Notes: generated by a model not told the origin, from the sequence alone. A stretch of DNA of 64,000 bases from an uncultured Gemmatimonadaceae bacterium (GCA_963716745.1 OY970320.1:320001-384000); one strand, 5' to 3'. Shown: positions 24,936-35,949, counted from the stretch's first letter. Translations and numbers: made by a program.

Positions 24936-25945
24936 TGACGCGCGCCAATGTACCGAAGCAGGTCCACGCAGCGGGAGGCGTAGCCCCACTCATTATCGTA
25001 CCAGCCGGTGACCTTCACGAGCGTGCCGTCGATGACGGCTGTGCACTTGGCATCGAAGGTGCACGAGAACGGGTTGCCGATGAAATCCACAGACACGAGC
25101 TCCTCTTCCGTATAGTCGAGGAAGCCGAAGAGCGGCCCCTCCTGGGACGCTTTCTTGAACGCCGCGTTCACCGCATCCACGGTGGTCGGGCGCTCGACTT
25201 CCGCAACGAGATCGGTGAAGGAGACGTCGGGGGTCGGCACCCGCACCGCGATGCCGTCGATCTTCCCCTTCACCTCTGGGATGACGAGCGCCGTGGCCTT
25301 CGCGGCACCGGTCGTCGTGGGGATCATCGAGACGGCGGCCGCCCGCGCGCGCCGCAGGTCCTTGTGCGGCAGGTCGAGGATCGATTGGTCATTGGTGTAG
25401 CTGTGGATCGTGGTCATCGACCCGTGTTTGAAGCCGAAATTGTCCCGCACCACTTTGACCATGGGCACGAGGCAGTTCGTCGTGCAGCTCGCGTTCGAGA
25501 TGATGGTGTGCTTCTTCCCATCATACTTGTCGTGATTGACGCCCATGACGACGGTGATGTCCTCGCCCTTCGCGGGGGCGGAGATGATCACTCTCTTGGC
25601 GCCCGCCGTGATGTGCTTGCGCGCGTCGTCCGCGTTCGTGAAGCGCCCCGTGGATTCGAGCACGAGGTCCACGCCGAGTTGGGCCCACGGGAGGAGCGCC
25701 GGGTCCTTATGCGAGAAGACCTCCATCTCGTCGCCATCGATCGTGATGCTCGCGGCGCCTCCGCTCACCTCACCCTCGAAGATGCCGTGCACGGAATCGT
25801 ACTTGAACAGGTGCGCGAGCGTCTTCGTGTCGGTCAGATCGTTCACCGCCACGAAATCGAGGTCCGCGATCCCCTGCTCTTTCGCCGCGCGCACGACTTG
25901 GCGGCCAATGCGTCCGAATCCGTTGATCCCGACTTTGATGGTCAT
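24932..25945 (-). CDS. gap: Type I glyceraldehyde-3-phosphate dehydrogenase
   Basis: [18 protein letters not shown] and WYDNEWGY. Confidence 0.98.
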   Translation of the reverse strand: MTIKVGINGFGRIGRQVVRAAKEQGIADLDFVAVNDLTDTKTLAHLFKYDSVHGIFEGEVSGGAASITIDGDEMEVFSHKDPALLPWAQLGVDLVLESTGRFTNADDARKHITAGAKRVIISAPAKGEDITVVMGVNHDKYDGKKHTIISNASCTTNCLVPMVKVVRDNFGFKHGSMTTIHSYTNDQSILDLPHKDLRRARAAAVSMIPTTTGAAKATALVIPEVKGKIDGIAVRVPTPDVSFTDLVAEVERPTTVDAVNAAFKKASQEGPLFGFLDYTEEELVSVDFIGNPFSCTFDAKCTAVIDGTLVKVTGWYDNEWGYASRCVDLLRYIGARQ

Positions 25946-25966
25946 CGTTCCGATAGCTCCTGAGGG

Positions 25967-26716
25967 TCAGGCGCGATCGCCCATGGCGGGCGCGCGTCCG
26001 AAGGTGACGAGACTGATGATGCGGGCCCCGCCGGCGAAGAGTGCCGCGGCGCACGCGGAGAGCGTGGCTCCGGTGGTGATGATGTCATCCACGAGCACGA
26101 CGTGCGCGCCGCGAAGCCGCGCTCCGGCATCCGCGCCCACGGCGAATGCGCCGGAAACGTTGCGGCGGCGCTCCTCCGGTGTCAATCGGGTCTGCGTGCC
26201 GGTCGTGCGCGTGCGTGTCAACACATCCTCCCACACCGGCACGCCCCAGTGCGGCGCGAGCGCGCACGCCAACAGCGCGCTCTGGTTGTAGCCGCGTTCG
26301 CGCTCGCGATCCGCCGCCAGCGGCACCGGCACCAACGCCGCACGCTCGGCCATGACGTCGGCGGGCCACGTGAGCTGCGCCATCGCGCGGCCCATCTCCG
26401 TGGCGGTCGCGCGCCAGCCGCCGTACTTGAGCGCGTGCACGATCCCGCCACCCGTTCCGCCGGGGATCCAGCAGTACGATCGCGCCGCGCGAACGTACGG
26501 CGGCAGCGACTCGCACCACGCGCAGGCATCGCGCGTGCCGGGATGCCCGCAGCGATCGCAACGCGGCGACGGCAGACGCCGCACGCGCGTCCAGCAGTGC
26601 GCGCAGGCCAGGCGGTTGTCCCGCGCATCGGTGAGACGCGCGCATACGACACACGCCCGGGGCAGCAGCAGATCCAGCAACCCGGCCGCCGCGGATGACG
26701 CCCACTCAGTGCGCAT
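25967..26716 (-). CDS. comF: ComF family protein (double zinc ribbon + PRTase)
   Basis: CVVC/CAHC/CDRC/CAWC, ERGYNQS and VLVDDIITTGATL. Confidence 0.9.
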   Translation of the reverse strand: MRTEWASSAAAGLLDLLLPRACVVCARLTDARDNRLACAHCWTRVRRLPSPRCDRCGHPGTRDACAWCESLPPYVRAARSYCWIPGGTGGGIVHALKYGGWRATATEMGRAMAQLTWPADVMAERAALVPVPLAADRERERGYNQSALLACALAPHWGVPVWEDVLTRTRTTGTQTRLTPEERRRNVSGAFAVGADAGARLRGAHVVLVDDIITTGATLSACAAALFAGGARIISLVTFGRAPAMGDRA

Positions 26717-27530
26717 CGGTCGGCTCCATGGTCACCGCGTCCCACATCACGTCGCGTGGCGCCGGAATGCCGAACCATGCCTCGAACGCGAGCGCGCCCT
26801 GCTCGATAAGCATCGGGAGACCATCAACCGCGCGGTGCCCGCATGCGCGCGCCGCGCGCACCCAGGGCGTGGTGCCGCGCCGGTAGACGAGATCCGCGAT
26901 CGCCGCGTCGAAGCGCAGCGACTCGATCGCGACCGGCATCTCGTCATCTTCGAGACCGGCGGCCGACGCGTTGATCACGAGCGTCGCGCCCTGCACCGCG
27001 TCCTCCGGCGACTCCGTCACGCGCGTCACCACCGGGAACCGCTCGGCGAGCTTCGCCGAGCGCACAGGACTCCTATTGTACACGGTGACATCGCATCCCG
27101 GCCTGCCGTCGAGCGCCGCGAGTGCCGCCGCCGCTGCGCCGCCCGCGCCGAGCAGCGCGATGTGCCCCGCGGGCGGCGCGCCAAGCAACTGATCCAGCAG
27201 CGCGATCACTCCGCCCACGTCGGTATTGTGGCCGTTGAGACGACCGTCGTCGTCCACCCAGAACGTGTTCACCGCGCCCACGCGCTCGGCCACCGCGGTG
27301 CGCACGTCGCAGAGCGCGGCCATCGCCTCTTTGTGCGGAATGGTGACGTTGCCGGCCGCGCCGTCCTCGGCGAGCAAACGCACCGTGGCCGCGAGGTCGG
27401 GCGCGAGCACGTCGAGCGCGCCGTACGTGAGCGGGATGCCTGCGCGCGCGAGCGCCGCGTTCTGGAACGCGGGCGACAGCGAGTGATCCACGGGGTGGCC
27501 GAGCAGGACCAGCCGGCTCGGGCGGCGCAT
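26706..27530 (-). CDS. aroE: Shikimate dehydrogenase
   Basis: GHPVDHSLSP, NVTIPHK, GAVNT, NTD, GAGGAA and MLIEQG. Confidence 0.94.
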   Translation of the reverse strand: MRRPSRLVLLGHPVDHSLSPAFQNAALARAGIPLTYGALDVLAPDLAATVRLLAEDGAAGNVTIPHKEAMAALCDVRTAVAERVGAVNTFWVDDDGRLNGHNTDVGGVIALLDQLLGAPPAGHIALLGAGGAAAAALAALDGRPGCDVTVYNRSPVRSAKLAERFPVVTRVTESPEDAVQGATLVINASAAGLEDDEMPVAIESLRFDAAIADLVYRRGTTPWVRAARACGHRAVDGLPMLIEQGALAFEAWFGIPAPRDVMWDAVTMEPTDAH

Positions 27531-28009
27531 CAGGAGAGGCCGGGAGTGCGCTCGGCGGCGAGCCGCGCGAAGGCGCGCCGGATCTCGCGCTGCAGCTCGT
27601 CGAACGTTTCGCGGTACAGACTCAGCTCGCCGCCGAAGGGATCGCCGATCGGGCGGTCGGTGGTGCCGCGCGAGCTGAAGGATGTGAGCAGGTGCGTCTT
27701 ACCGCGCGCGCCAAGCGCTTCGATGCGTTCGAGATGATGCGGCCCCATGGCGAGGATGAGATCCGTGCGGTCGAGCAGATCGCGCGTGAGCAGTCGGGCC
27801 TTGTGCGGCGAGAGATCGATGTCGTTCTCGAGGCTCACGAGCAGCGCGCCATCCGAGGCCGGCGCGCCTTCCCACGCCGCCGTACCTGCGGACCCGATCT
27901 CGAGGTCGGTGAGTCCCAGTTCGGGCGCGAGCCGGCGCGCGATGGCTTCGGCCATCGCACTGCGACAGGTATTCCCGGTGCACACGAACAGGATGCGCAT
28001 ACGGCTCAC
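27530..28009 (-). CDS. Low-molecular-weight protein (arginine/tyrosine) phosphatase
   Basis: FVCTGNTCRS P-loop and DPFGG. Confidence 0.92.
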   Translation of the reverse strand: MSRMRILFVCTGNTCRSAMAEAIARRLAPELGLTDLEIGSAGTAAWEGAPASDGALLVSLENDIDLSPHKARLLTRDLLDRTDLILAMGPHHLERIEALGARGKTHLLTSFSSRGTTDRPIGDPFGGELSLYRETFDELQREIRRAFARLAAERTPGLS

Positions 28010-28674
28010 TGGTCTCCGATCAGATCGGGCACGCTGGCGCGCAGCGTAGCCGAGGGGATGGCCCCAGGGCGTATCACGCGCAAACGCTTACCCGTGCAAT
28101 CTATCACTGTGGAAGGCTGGGACGGTTGCAGGCGCCCGCCGTCGAGCACTCGCAATGCGCCGGCGTTCACCGCGGCGGGCCACTGCGTGGTGACCTCGCT
28201 CGCGCTCATCGCCGGCGGACTGCCGGGGAGATTCGCGCTCGTGCTCGTGATCGGCTCGCCGTACGCCATGAGGAGGCGCGCGATGCCGGGGTGCGAGGTC
28301 CATCGCACGGCGACGCCGCCCTCGGGGCCGCGGAGCCGCGACGGCACGCGCCGCTCGCCGCCGGGCAGCACGAGCGTGAGCGGGCCGGGCCAGTGGCGCG
28401 CGGCGAGATGCGCGGCGTCGCCGGCGAGGTGGAGATCCAGGCGCGCGACCATCTCGCTCGACGCGACGAGGATGAGGAACGGTTTGCCCGGCTCGCGCCG
28501 CTTGAGCGCGACGAGGGCATCGACCGACGGCTCGTCGATCGCGCCGCCGAAGCCGTACACCGTTTCCGTCGGGTAGGCGAGCACGCGCCGCGCCGCGAGA
28601 TGCGCGATGGTACCGGGGATGCTCGACTCGATCTCGGCGGGCGACCAGAATGGGACCGCGGCGGGCTCCGTCAT
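28006..28674 (-). CDS. tsaC: Threonylcarbamoyl-AMP synthase (Sua5/TsaC)
   Basis: YPTETVYG, KRR, WPGPLT and STSAN. Confidence 0.92.
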   Translation of the reverse strand: MTEPAAVPFWSPAEIESSIPGTIAHLAARRVLAYPTETVYGFGGAIDEPSVDALVALKRREPGKPFLILVASSEMVARLDLHLAGDAAHLAARHWPGPLTLVLPGGERRVPSRLRGPEGGVAVRWTSHPGIARLLMAYGEPITSTSANLPGSPPAMSASEVTTQWPAAVNAGALRVLDGGRLQPSQPSTVIDCTGKRLRVIRPGAIPSATLRASVPDLIGDQ

Positions 28675-29360
28675 GTGAGCGGCATCGCCTCGGCACGCGC
28701 GAAGTCCGATTCCTCGGTGATCTTGAACGCGCGCGCGCTGCCCGCCACGATGCGCACCGGCAAGCCGATGCGTTCGCAGAGCGCGGCGTCATCGGTCGCG
28801 TTCGCGCCGCGGGCTTCGCGATACGCGCGCTCGATCATCGCGCGCGGGAATCCCTGCGGGGTTTGCGCGCTCCAGATCTCCTCGCGCGCCAGCGTCTCGG
28901 ACACGAGCCCCTCGCCGTTCGCGCGCTTGAGCGTGTCGGTCACCGGCAGCGCGGGCACCGCGCCATCGCCTGCGCGCGCCGCGTCGACCACGCGCGAGAT
29001 GGTGGCGTCGTCCACGAACGGCCGCGCCGCGTCGTGCACGAGCACGAACTTCACCTCGGGCGGCATGTCTTCTAGTCCCGCGAGCACGGAATCGCCGCGC
29101 TCACGACCGCCCGCGGCGAGGAGCAGCCGGTCGATGTCACATTGGAAGATCCATGGCGGCGGGTCGGCACAGTAGTCGCGCGGCAGCACGCACACGACCT
29201 GCGCCACGTCATCGCGCGCCATGAACGTCTGCAGCGAGTGGAGCAGCATCGGTTTGCCCGCCACCCAGCGGAACTGCTTCAGTTCCTTGCTGCCGGTGCG
29301 TGTGCCCTTCCCCGCCGCGACGATCACGACGCCCACGTCGCGCACGGCCGCGCCGTTCAC
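28671..29360 (-). CDS. ispD: 2-C-methyl-D-erythritol 4-phosphate cytidylyltransferase
   Basis: AAGKGTR, KQF, VHDAARP, QTPQ, TDDA and KIT. Confidence 0.94.
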   Translation of the reverse strand: MNGAAVRDVGVVIVAAGKGTRTGSKELKQFRWVAGKPMLLHSLQTFMARDDVAQVVCVLPRDYCADPPPWIFQCDIDRLLLAAGGRERGDSVLAGLEDMPPEVKFVLVHDAARPFVDDATISRVVDAARAGDGAVPALPVTDTLKRANGEGLVSETLAREEIWSAQTPQGFPRAMIERAYREARGANATDDAALCERIGLPVRIVAGSARAFKITEESDFARAEAMPLT

Positions 29361-30748
29361 GGGAAGAGCGCCGCGAAGAGGTCGCTCACGGTCTTCACGC
29401 CCACGAGCTTCACGCCGGCCGGCGCGCGCTTCGGCACGGCGCGCGCGCCGAGGTACACCGTGCGCATGCCCATCTTGGCCGCTTCGCCGATGCGGCGCTC
29501 CGCCTGCGACACCGGCCGCACTTCGCCCGCGAGGCCTACCTCGCCGAGGAACACGGCGTCGTGCGGCAGCGCGCGATCGTACACGCTGGACGCGAGCGCC
29601 GCCGCGACGGCGAGATCGCCCGCGGGCTCCTGCACGCGGAGTCCGCCCACCACGTTCACGAACACATCGAGTTGCGCGAACGAGAGCCCCGCGCGCTTGT
29701 CGAGCACCGCGAGCAGCAGCGCGAGCTTGCGCGAGTCGAACCCGGTCGCGACGCGCTGCGGCGTGCCGAAGCCCGCTTTCGCCGCGAGCGCCTGCACTTC
29801 CACGAGCAGCGGGCGCGTTCCCTCCATGAGCGCCGTGACCGCGGTGCCGCTCGCCGACGTCGCGCGGTCGGAGAGGAACAGTTCCGATGGATTCTCCACG
29901 GCGATGAGCCCGCCCGCGGTCATGCGGAAGACGCCGATCTCATCCACGCCGCCGAAGCGGTTCTTCGTGGCGCGGAGCACGCGCTGGTCGAGCGTGCCCT
30001 CGCCCTCGAAGTAGAGCACCGTGTCCACGATATGCTCGAGCGTCTTCGGGCCCGCAATGCCGCCGCCTTTCGTCACGTGCCCCACGACGAACACCGACGT
30101 GCCGGAGTCCTTCGCAAAGCGCATGAGCCGCGCGGCGCACTCGCGAACCTGGCCGACGTTCCCCGGCGCGCCCTCGAGGTCGCCGGTGAACACCGTTTGA
30201 ATCGAGTCGACGAACAGCGCGCGCGGCTCCATCGCGGCGCCGGTCGCGAGGATGGTCTCGAGTTGCGTCTCACTCAGCAGCTCGACATCGCCCGCGTTCT
30301 CCGCGAGCCGGTCGGCGCGCAGCTTCACCTGGAGCGGCGACTCCTCGCCGCTCACGTAGAGCGTCGTGTGCCCCGCCTGTTGCAACCGCGCGGCCACCTG
30401 CAGCAGCAGCGTGGACTTCCCGATGCCGGGCTCGCCGCCCACGAGCACCATGCTGCCCGGCACGATCCCGCCGCCGAGGACGAAGTCGAACTCCTTGATG
30501 CCCGTGGTCCAGCGGCGCGATTCGGATCCCTGCACCGCACCGACGCGCTGGGTCTTCGCGACCGATCCGCCCTCGCCGAGACTTGCCGGGCCGGCGCGCC
30601 GCCGCGCGGCACCGCTCGAGACCGGCGCGGTCATCATTTCCTCCACGAGCGTGTTCCATTCGCCGCACGCATCGCAACGCCCCGCCCACTTCGGATGCTC
30701 GGCGCCGCACTCGGTGCAGCGATAGACCGTTTTGGTCTTCGGACTCAC
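29357..30748 (-). CDS. radA: DNA repair protein RadA/Sms
   Basis: CTECG...CDAC zinc finger, GEPGIGKSTL and KNRFG. Confidence 0.97.
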   Translation of the reverse strand: MSPKTKTVYRCTECGAEHPKWAGRCDACGEWNTLVEEMMTAPVSSGAARRRAGPASLGEGGSVAKTQRVGAVQGSESRRWTTGIKEFDFVLGGGIVPGSMVLVGGEPGIGKSTLLLQVAARLQQAGHTTLYVSGEESPLQVKLRADRLAENAGDVELLSETQLETILATGAAMEPRALFVDSIQTVFTGDLEGAPGNVGQVRECAARLMRFAKDSGTSVFVVGHVTKGGGIAGPKTLEHIVDTVLYFEGEGTLDQRVLRATKNRFGGVDEIGVFRMTAGGLIAVENPSELFLSDRATSASGTAVTALMEGTRPLLVEVQALAAKAGFGTPQRVATGFDSRKLALLLAVLDKRAGLSFAQLDVFVNVVGGLRVQEPAGDLAVAAALASSVYDRALPHDAVFLGEVGLAGEVRPVSQAERRIGEAAKMGMRTVYLGARAVPKRAPAGVKLVGVKTVSDLFAALFP

Positions 30749-32154
30749 GCGCCCTGCGTGCGCGCGGTGTAATTCTCGAACCGCGTGTACGCCTTATGGA
30801 AGAAGAGATGGGCGGTGCCGATCGGTCCGTTGCGCTGCTTGCCGATGATGATCTCGGCGCGTCCCGCGACCGCGTTGCCATCCTTGTCGGTGGCGTCCGG
30901 GCCTTCGTACACCTCGGGGCGGTAGATGAACATGACGAGATCGGCATCCTGCTCGATCGCGCCGGACTCGCGCAGGTCCGACAGCTGCGGACGCTTGTGC
31001 TCCGCGGTGCGCTGCTCCGGCGCGCGCGAGAGCTGCGACAGCGCCACCACCGGCACATCGAGTTCCTTGGCGAGCGCCTTGAGCGAGCGGGAGATCTGGC
31101 TGATCTCCTGCTGGCGGTTCTCGGAGCTGGGCGGTCCCTGGATGAGCTGCAGATAGTCCACGACGACGAGTCCGATGTTGGCGTCCACTTTCAGCCGCCG
31201 TGCCTTCGAGCGGATCTCGAGGAGCGTGATGGCGGCCGAGTCATCGATCCAGATCGGCGCACTCGACAGCACGCCGGCCGCGCGCGCCATGCGGGGGAAG
31301 TCGTCGTCGCGCAGGAGTCCCTTGCGGAGCTTCTGCGCATCGACGCGCGCCTCGGCGGTGAGCATGCGCTGCACGAGTGCTTCTTTACTCATTTCCAGTG
31401 AGAACACCGCCACCGGAATATTCTTCTCGATGGCGGCGTATTGCGCGACGTTCAGCACGAACGCCGTCTTGCCCATGGACGGGCGTGCCGCGACGATGAC
31501 GAGGTCCGAGTTCTGGAAGCCCGACGTGAGCTCGTCGAGATCGTTGAAGCCGGTGGGCACGCCGGTGATCGTCTTGCCGCCGCGCTGCAGCGCCTCGATG
31601 CGCTCCATCGTGGGCCACATGAGTTCCTTCACGCGCATGAAGCCCTGCGTGCCGCGCTGCTGGCTCACCTGGAAGACGCGGTGCTCCGCCTCGTCGAGCA
31701 GCTCCGCGGCGGTGGAGGTGCCGGCGTACGCTTCGCCGATGAGCGCGGTGCAGGTCTCGATGAGCCGCCGCTGCAGCGCCTTCTCCTTCACGATGCGCGC
31801 GTGATACTCGACGTTCGCGCTCGTCGGCACGGCGTCGAGCAGGAACCCGATGTAGTCCTTGCCGCCCGCGCCTTCGAGTTCGCCGTGGCGCGACAACTCT
31901 TCCATGAGCGTGAGCGGATCCACCACGTCGCCGCGCTCGGCGATCGACGCCATCGCGCGGAAGATGCGGCGATGGCCTTCGCGGTAGAACATCGTGTCGT
32001 CCACATGCTCAATGGCGCGCAGGATCGCGTCCTGGTCCATGAGCATCGCGGCGATCACCGCCGTCTCGGCCTCTTCGGAGTACGGAGGCCGGCGATCACG
32101 GAAGGCGTCAGGCGGCGGCGGTGCGATCGAGAATTCGACGGGCGAGCTGGACAT
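30745..32154 (-). CDS. dnaB: Replicative DNA helicase
   Basis: ARPSMGKT, FSLEM, DYLQL and LSDLRESGAIEQDAD. Confidence 0.97.
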   Translation of the reverse strand: MSSSPVEFSIAPPPPDAFRDRRPPYSEEAETAVIAAMLMDQDAILRAIEHVDDTMFYREGHRRIFRAMASIAERGDVVDPLTLMEELSRHGELEGAGGKDYIGFLLDAVPTSANVEYHARIVKEKALQRRLIETCTALIGEAYAGTSTAAELLDEAEHRVFQVSQQRGTQGFMRVKELMWPTMERIEALQRGGKTITGVPTGFNDLDELTSGFQNSDLVIVAARPSMGKTAFVLNVAQYAAIEKNIPVAVFSLEMSKEALVQRMLTAEARVDAQKLRKGLLRDDDFPRMARAAGVLSSAPIWIDDSAAITLLEIRSKARRLKVDANIGLVVVDYLQLIQGPPSSENRQQEISQISRSLKALAKELDVPVVALSQLSRAPEQRTAEHKRPQLSDLRESGAIEQDADLVMFIYRPEVYEGPDATDKDGNAVAGRAEIIIGKQRNGPIGTAHLFFHKAYTRFENYTARTQGA

Positions 32155-33001
32155 CTTCCCACGTTGGCCGCTTCCAGGCGGGATTCCTGAGAAGCGCTGC
32201 CGGGTGATAGGTGACGATCACGGGAATACCGTGATAGACATGCTCCCGTCCCCGCAGTTTGCCGAGGGCTTCCGTCGTTTCGAGCAGGGCCTGCGCGGCG
32301 GAGAGCCCCAACGCGAGAATCACTGCGGGGCGGATAATCTCTACCTGTCGCACCAAATATGGAAGGCAGGCTTTCACTTCCGCCGGCAGCGGCACGCGAT
32401 TGCCCGGCGGGCGGTGCTTGACAACGTTGGCGATGTACACTTCCTCGCGCTTGAGATCGATGGCCGCGAGGATCTTCGTGAGCAACTGGCCCGCTTGGCC
32501 AACGAACGGCAGGCCGGTCTCGTCCTCGTTGGCGCCCGGTCCCTCGCCAATGCACATGAGGCGCGCGCGCGGCGAGCCATCGCCCGGCACGGCGTTCTTC
32601 GCGGTCTTGTGGAGATCGCACGCGGAGCAGGCGCGCACGAGCGCGTTGATGTCATCGAGCGTCGTGGCGGCGCCGATCGCGCCGGCGAACAGTTCGCGAT
32701 CGCTGCCGCCTACCACGAGGCCCGCCGCGAGGGGAGCGGCGGGAGCGGACGACGCCGACGTCGCGGGCGTCGGAAAATCGCGGCGGGCCACCGGCGCGAC
32801 CGGCGCGGGTGCGGCGCCAGCGCCGGCCGCGGTGAGGGCTTCGCGCCAATCGCCGGCAGCTGGTGCGGGTGCGCCAGCGTCTCCCTTCGCGCCGATGAGC
32901 TTCATCACTTCTTCCACGGTGAGCCCATCGAGCACCAGCTCGCGCTCGCCCATGTCGCGGCGTTGCTCCAGATAACGCCGGAGCAGATCCTCAGCGCGCA
33001 C
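32108..33001 (-). CDS. Uracil-DNA glycosylase family 4 (Fe-S)
   Basis: CSACDL, GEGPGANED, PFVG, NVVKHRPPGNR and YHPAALLR. Confidence 0.92.
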   Translation of the reverse strand: MRAEDLLRRYLEQRRDMGERELVLDGLTVEEVMKLIGAKGDAGAPAPAAGDWREALTAAGAGAAPAPVAPVARRDFPTPATSASSAPAAPLAAGLVVGGSDRELFAGAIGAATTLDDINALVRACSACDLHKTAKNAVPGDGSPRARLMCIGEGPGANEDETGLPFVGQAGQLLTKILAAIDLKREEVYIANVVKHRPPGNRVPLPAEVKACLPYLVRQVEIIRPAVILALGLSAAQALLETTEALGKLRGREHVYHGIPVIVTYHPAALLRNPAWKRPTWEDVQLARRILDRTAAA

Positions 33002-34193
33002 CGAGCAGCGCCTCGATGCGGTCGAGGAGCACGTCGGCGAGATCCGTCTTCGCCATGAGTTCGAGCGCTTCGGTGCGTCCGCCCTTCGCGATGAGCGTCA
33101 CGCGATTCGTCTCGACGCCGAAGCCGGCGCCCGCTTCCTTCGCATCGTTCACGACGATGAGATCGAGGCCTTTCGCCTCGAGCTTCGCGCGCGCGTTCGG
33201 CAGGATGTCGTTGGTCTCGAGCGCGAACCCGACGATCACCGCGCCCTTGCGGCGGAGCCCGCGCGTCTCGGCAAGGATGTCCACTGTGGGCGCGAGCGCC
33301 ACGGCATCGGGGGCGGCGCCCTTCTTGATCTTGTGATCCGCCACCGTCGCCGCGCGGAAATCCGCCGGTGCGGCGGCCATCACGAGCGCATCGGCGCGCG
33401 GCAGCTCCGTGCCTACAGCACGCGCCATCTCCTCCGTGCTCTCGACGCGAATCGTGCGCACGCCCTCGGGCGGCTCGACCTCGAGCGGTCCCGCGACGAG
33501 CGCCACGTCAGCGCCGCGCCGCCACGCCGCCGCGGCGATCGCCACACCCATCCGCCCGCTCGAGCGGTTCGAGATGAAGCGCACGGCATCCACCGGTTCG
33601 CGCGTGGGGCCCGCGGTCACGATCACGCGTTTCCCGGCGAGCGATGGCCGCTCGAGGATCCGGCCGAGCTGCGCGAAGATCGCGTCGGGCTCGGGCATGC
33701 GTCCGGGTCCTTCGGCGTCGCCCTCCGCGAGTGGACCGGTGGCGGGATCGAGCACGTGGTAGCCGAAGCCCGCGGCGGTCGCGGCGTTCCGCACCGTGGC
33801 GGGGTGCGACCACATATGATCGTTCATCGCGGGCACGAGCAACACGGGCGACCGCGTCGCGAGCAGGATCGCCGCGAGCAGATCGTCGGCGCGTCCTTGC
33901 GTCGCGCGCGCGAGGAAATCGGCAGTGCACGGCGCGATCACGATCGCGTGTGCCGCGCGCGCCAGATGGATGTGATCCAAGGCCTGTCCGGGCGCGAAGA
34001 TGTCCGAGCGCACCGGGCGCCCGCTGATCGCTTCGAATGTGGCCGGCGCGACGAACTCCCGCGCGCCGCGGGTCATGACCACGTCCAGTTCGGCGCCCGC
34101 CTGCACGAGCAGCCGCGCCAGCCAGCCACTCTTATAACTGGCGATCCCCCCGGTGATCCCGAGGACGATGCGGCGGCCGTCGAAGGGGCGCAC
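32991..34193 (-). CDS. coaBC: Phosphopantothenoylcysteine decarboxylase/ligase
   Basis: GITGGIASYK, PAMN, TAGPTRE, RFISNRSSGRMG and GFALET. Confidence 0.95.
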   Translation of the reverse strand: MRPFDGRRIVLGITGGIASYKSGWLARLLVQAGAELDVVMTRGAREFVAPATFEAISGRPVRSDIFAPGQALDHIHLARAAHAIVIAPCTADFLARATQGRADDLLAAILLATRSPVLLVPAMNDHMWSHPATVRNAATAAGFGYHVLDPATGPLAEGDAEGPGRMPEPDAIFAQLGRILERPSLAGKRVIVTAGPTREPVDAVRFISNRSSGRMGVAIAAAAWRRGADVALVAGPLEVEPPEGVRTIRVESTEEMARAVGTELPRADALVMAAAPADFRAATVADHKIKKGAAPDAVALAPTVDILAETRGLRRKGAVIVGFALETNDILPNARAKLEAKGLDLIVVNDAKEAGAGFGVETNRVTLIAKGGRTEALELMAKTDLADVLLDRIEALLGAR

Positions 34194-34205
34194 GATGGGT
34201 GCGCG

Positions 34206-34412
34206 CTAGCGTTCGACGCGCACGCGCACCTGGAAGTCGATCTCGTCGGTGGTCAGCGCCTCGAGCGCCTTCGTCGTCAGTTTCTTCTCATATCCGCCGC
34301 CGCCCATGCGCGGGAACTCGTTCATGATCCGCGCGTACTTCGCCGCCACCAACACGCCGAGGTACTTGTTGGCCGTGCGCTGCGCGACTTCGATCGGGGT
34401 GAACACTTGCAT
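34206..34412 (-). CDS. rpoZ: RNA polymerase omega subunit
   Basis: 68 aa with NKYLGVLVAAKYAR; lies between gmk and coaBC (conserved order). Confidence 0.85.
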   Translation of the reverse strand: MQVFTPIEVAQRTANKYLGVLVAAKYARIMNEFPRMGGGGYEKKLTTKALEALTTDEIDFQVRVRVER

Positions 34413-34430
34413 CGGTGAGCTCCTTTCCAG

Positions 34431-35065
34431 CTACGTGTTGATGGCCTTCTCCAATCGCTCGACGATCGAGCGGAGGTCCCGTTCCAGATCCGTGAGCCGT
34501 TCACGCCGCATCGACTCGGCATCCAAATGCCCGAGACGCTGTCGACGGCCTTGTCCAACTGATCGTTCACCACGACGTACTGATACTCCGGCACCGCCTT
34601 CAACTCCGCCAGCGCACTGCGCAGCCTGCGGCCGAGACTCGCCGCGTCCTCCGTGCCCCGCTCCTTCAATCGCGCGAGCAGCGCGTCGCCGCTCGGCGGG
34701 AGGACGAAGATCATGACCGTCTCCGGGAAGGCCCGGCGGAACTGCGCCGCGCCCTGCACGTCGATGTCCATGATCACCTTCTTCCCCGCGGCCAGCACGC
34801 TCGTGACCTCCGAGCGCAGCGTGCCGTACCACATGCCGTGCACCTGCGCGCTCTCCGCGAACGCATCCGCCCCGCGCCGCTCGGCGAACTCGGCGGCCGA
34901 CAGGAAATGATAATCGCGTCCATCCACTTCGCCGGCCCGCGGCGGGCGCGTCGTCGCGCTCACCGAGTAACCGACGTCCGGCCGACGCTTGAGCAGCGCG
35001 TGCGCGATGCTCGTCTTGCCGCCGCCCGAGGGCGAGGAGAGGATCACCGGGAACGCCGGATTCAC
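34431..35065 (-). CDS. gmk: Guanylate kinase (one apparent base deletion near 34526)
   Basis: SSPSGGGKT, SATTRPPRAGEVDGRDYHF, YGT and DIDVQGA. Adding one T (ATT TTG GAT GCC GAG) gives the C-terminus LDAESMRRERL...AINT* ending at 34431. Confidence 0.93.
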
Positions 35066-35937
35066 TCGACGTTCTCCACCTGCTCGGCGAGCTTCTCCAA
35101 TTCTTCCTTCACCGCCACCACCTCGTGCAGCATCGCCGCATCGCGCGCCTTGCTGCCCGTCGTGTTCGTCTCGCGCAGCATCTCCTGCAACAAGAAGCCG
35201 AGCCGCTTGCCGATCCCTGCACCGCTCGCGCCCAGCAGCGTATCGCGGAACGCATGCAGGTGCGCACGGAACCGGTCGATCTCCTCGCTCACGTCCAGCC
35301 GGTCGGCGAGGATCGCGATCTCCTGCGCGAGCCGCGCAGGGTCGAGCGCCACGCCACCCGAGATCTCCTTCACCGACGCCGTCAACCTCTCCCGTTCCGC
35401 CGCCAATCGCGCAGGCGCCCGTGCCGCGATCCGGCCGAACGCTTCCTCCACTACGGCCAACCGCTCGGCGAGCAGCGCGGACAATCGGGCGCCTTCCGCC
35501 TCACGCATCGTGGTGAGCGCGCCGAGTGCCTCGCGCACCACCGCCTGCAACTCCGCCCCGTCCCCCGAGGCTTCCTCCGGCGCATCCGATGCGAGTACGT
35601 CCGGAAGCCGAAGCACCGTCGCGACGTCGAGCGCCGCGTTCAATCCGTGCTTCTTCTCCAAGGCTCGCAGCCGCGACACGTAATCCGCGAAACGAGCCTC
35701 GTCGATCACGAGCGCATTCTCGGCACCGCGCTCCGTGCGCGCCACGAGCGTGACGTGTCCGCGGGCGATCGCCTGCCGCAGCAACTCCCGCGTCTCCCCC
35801 TCCCAGCGCGCGAGGAGCGACGGCAGCTTGATGCTCGGATTGAAGAATCGGTGATTCACGGTGCGAACTTCCACCGTGACAGGCCGCGACCCGACTCTCC
35901 CGGTCGCGCTCCCGAATCCGGTCATGCTCCGTATCAT
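35062..35937 (-). CDS. yicC: YicC/YloC family endoribonuclease
   Basis: MIRSMTGFG, VNHRF, DVSEEIDR, GKRLGFLLQEMLRETNTTGSK and EQVENVE. Confidence 0.93.
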   Translation of the reverse strand: MIRSMTGFGSATGRVGSRPVTVEVRTVNHRFFNPSIKLPSLLARWEGETRELLRQAIARGHVTLVARTERGAENALVIDEARFADYVSRLRALEKKHGLNAALDVATVLRLPDVLASDAPEEASGDGAELQAVVREALGALTTMREAEGARLSALLAERLAVVEEAFGRIAARAPARLAAERERLTASVKEISGGVALDPARLAQEIAILADRLDVSEEIDRFRAHLHAFRDTLLGASGAGIGKRLGFLLQEMLRETNTTGSKARDAAMLHEVVAVKEELEKLAEQVENVE

Positions 35938-35949
35938 GCGCAAGCCTGT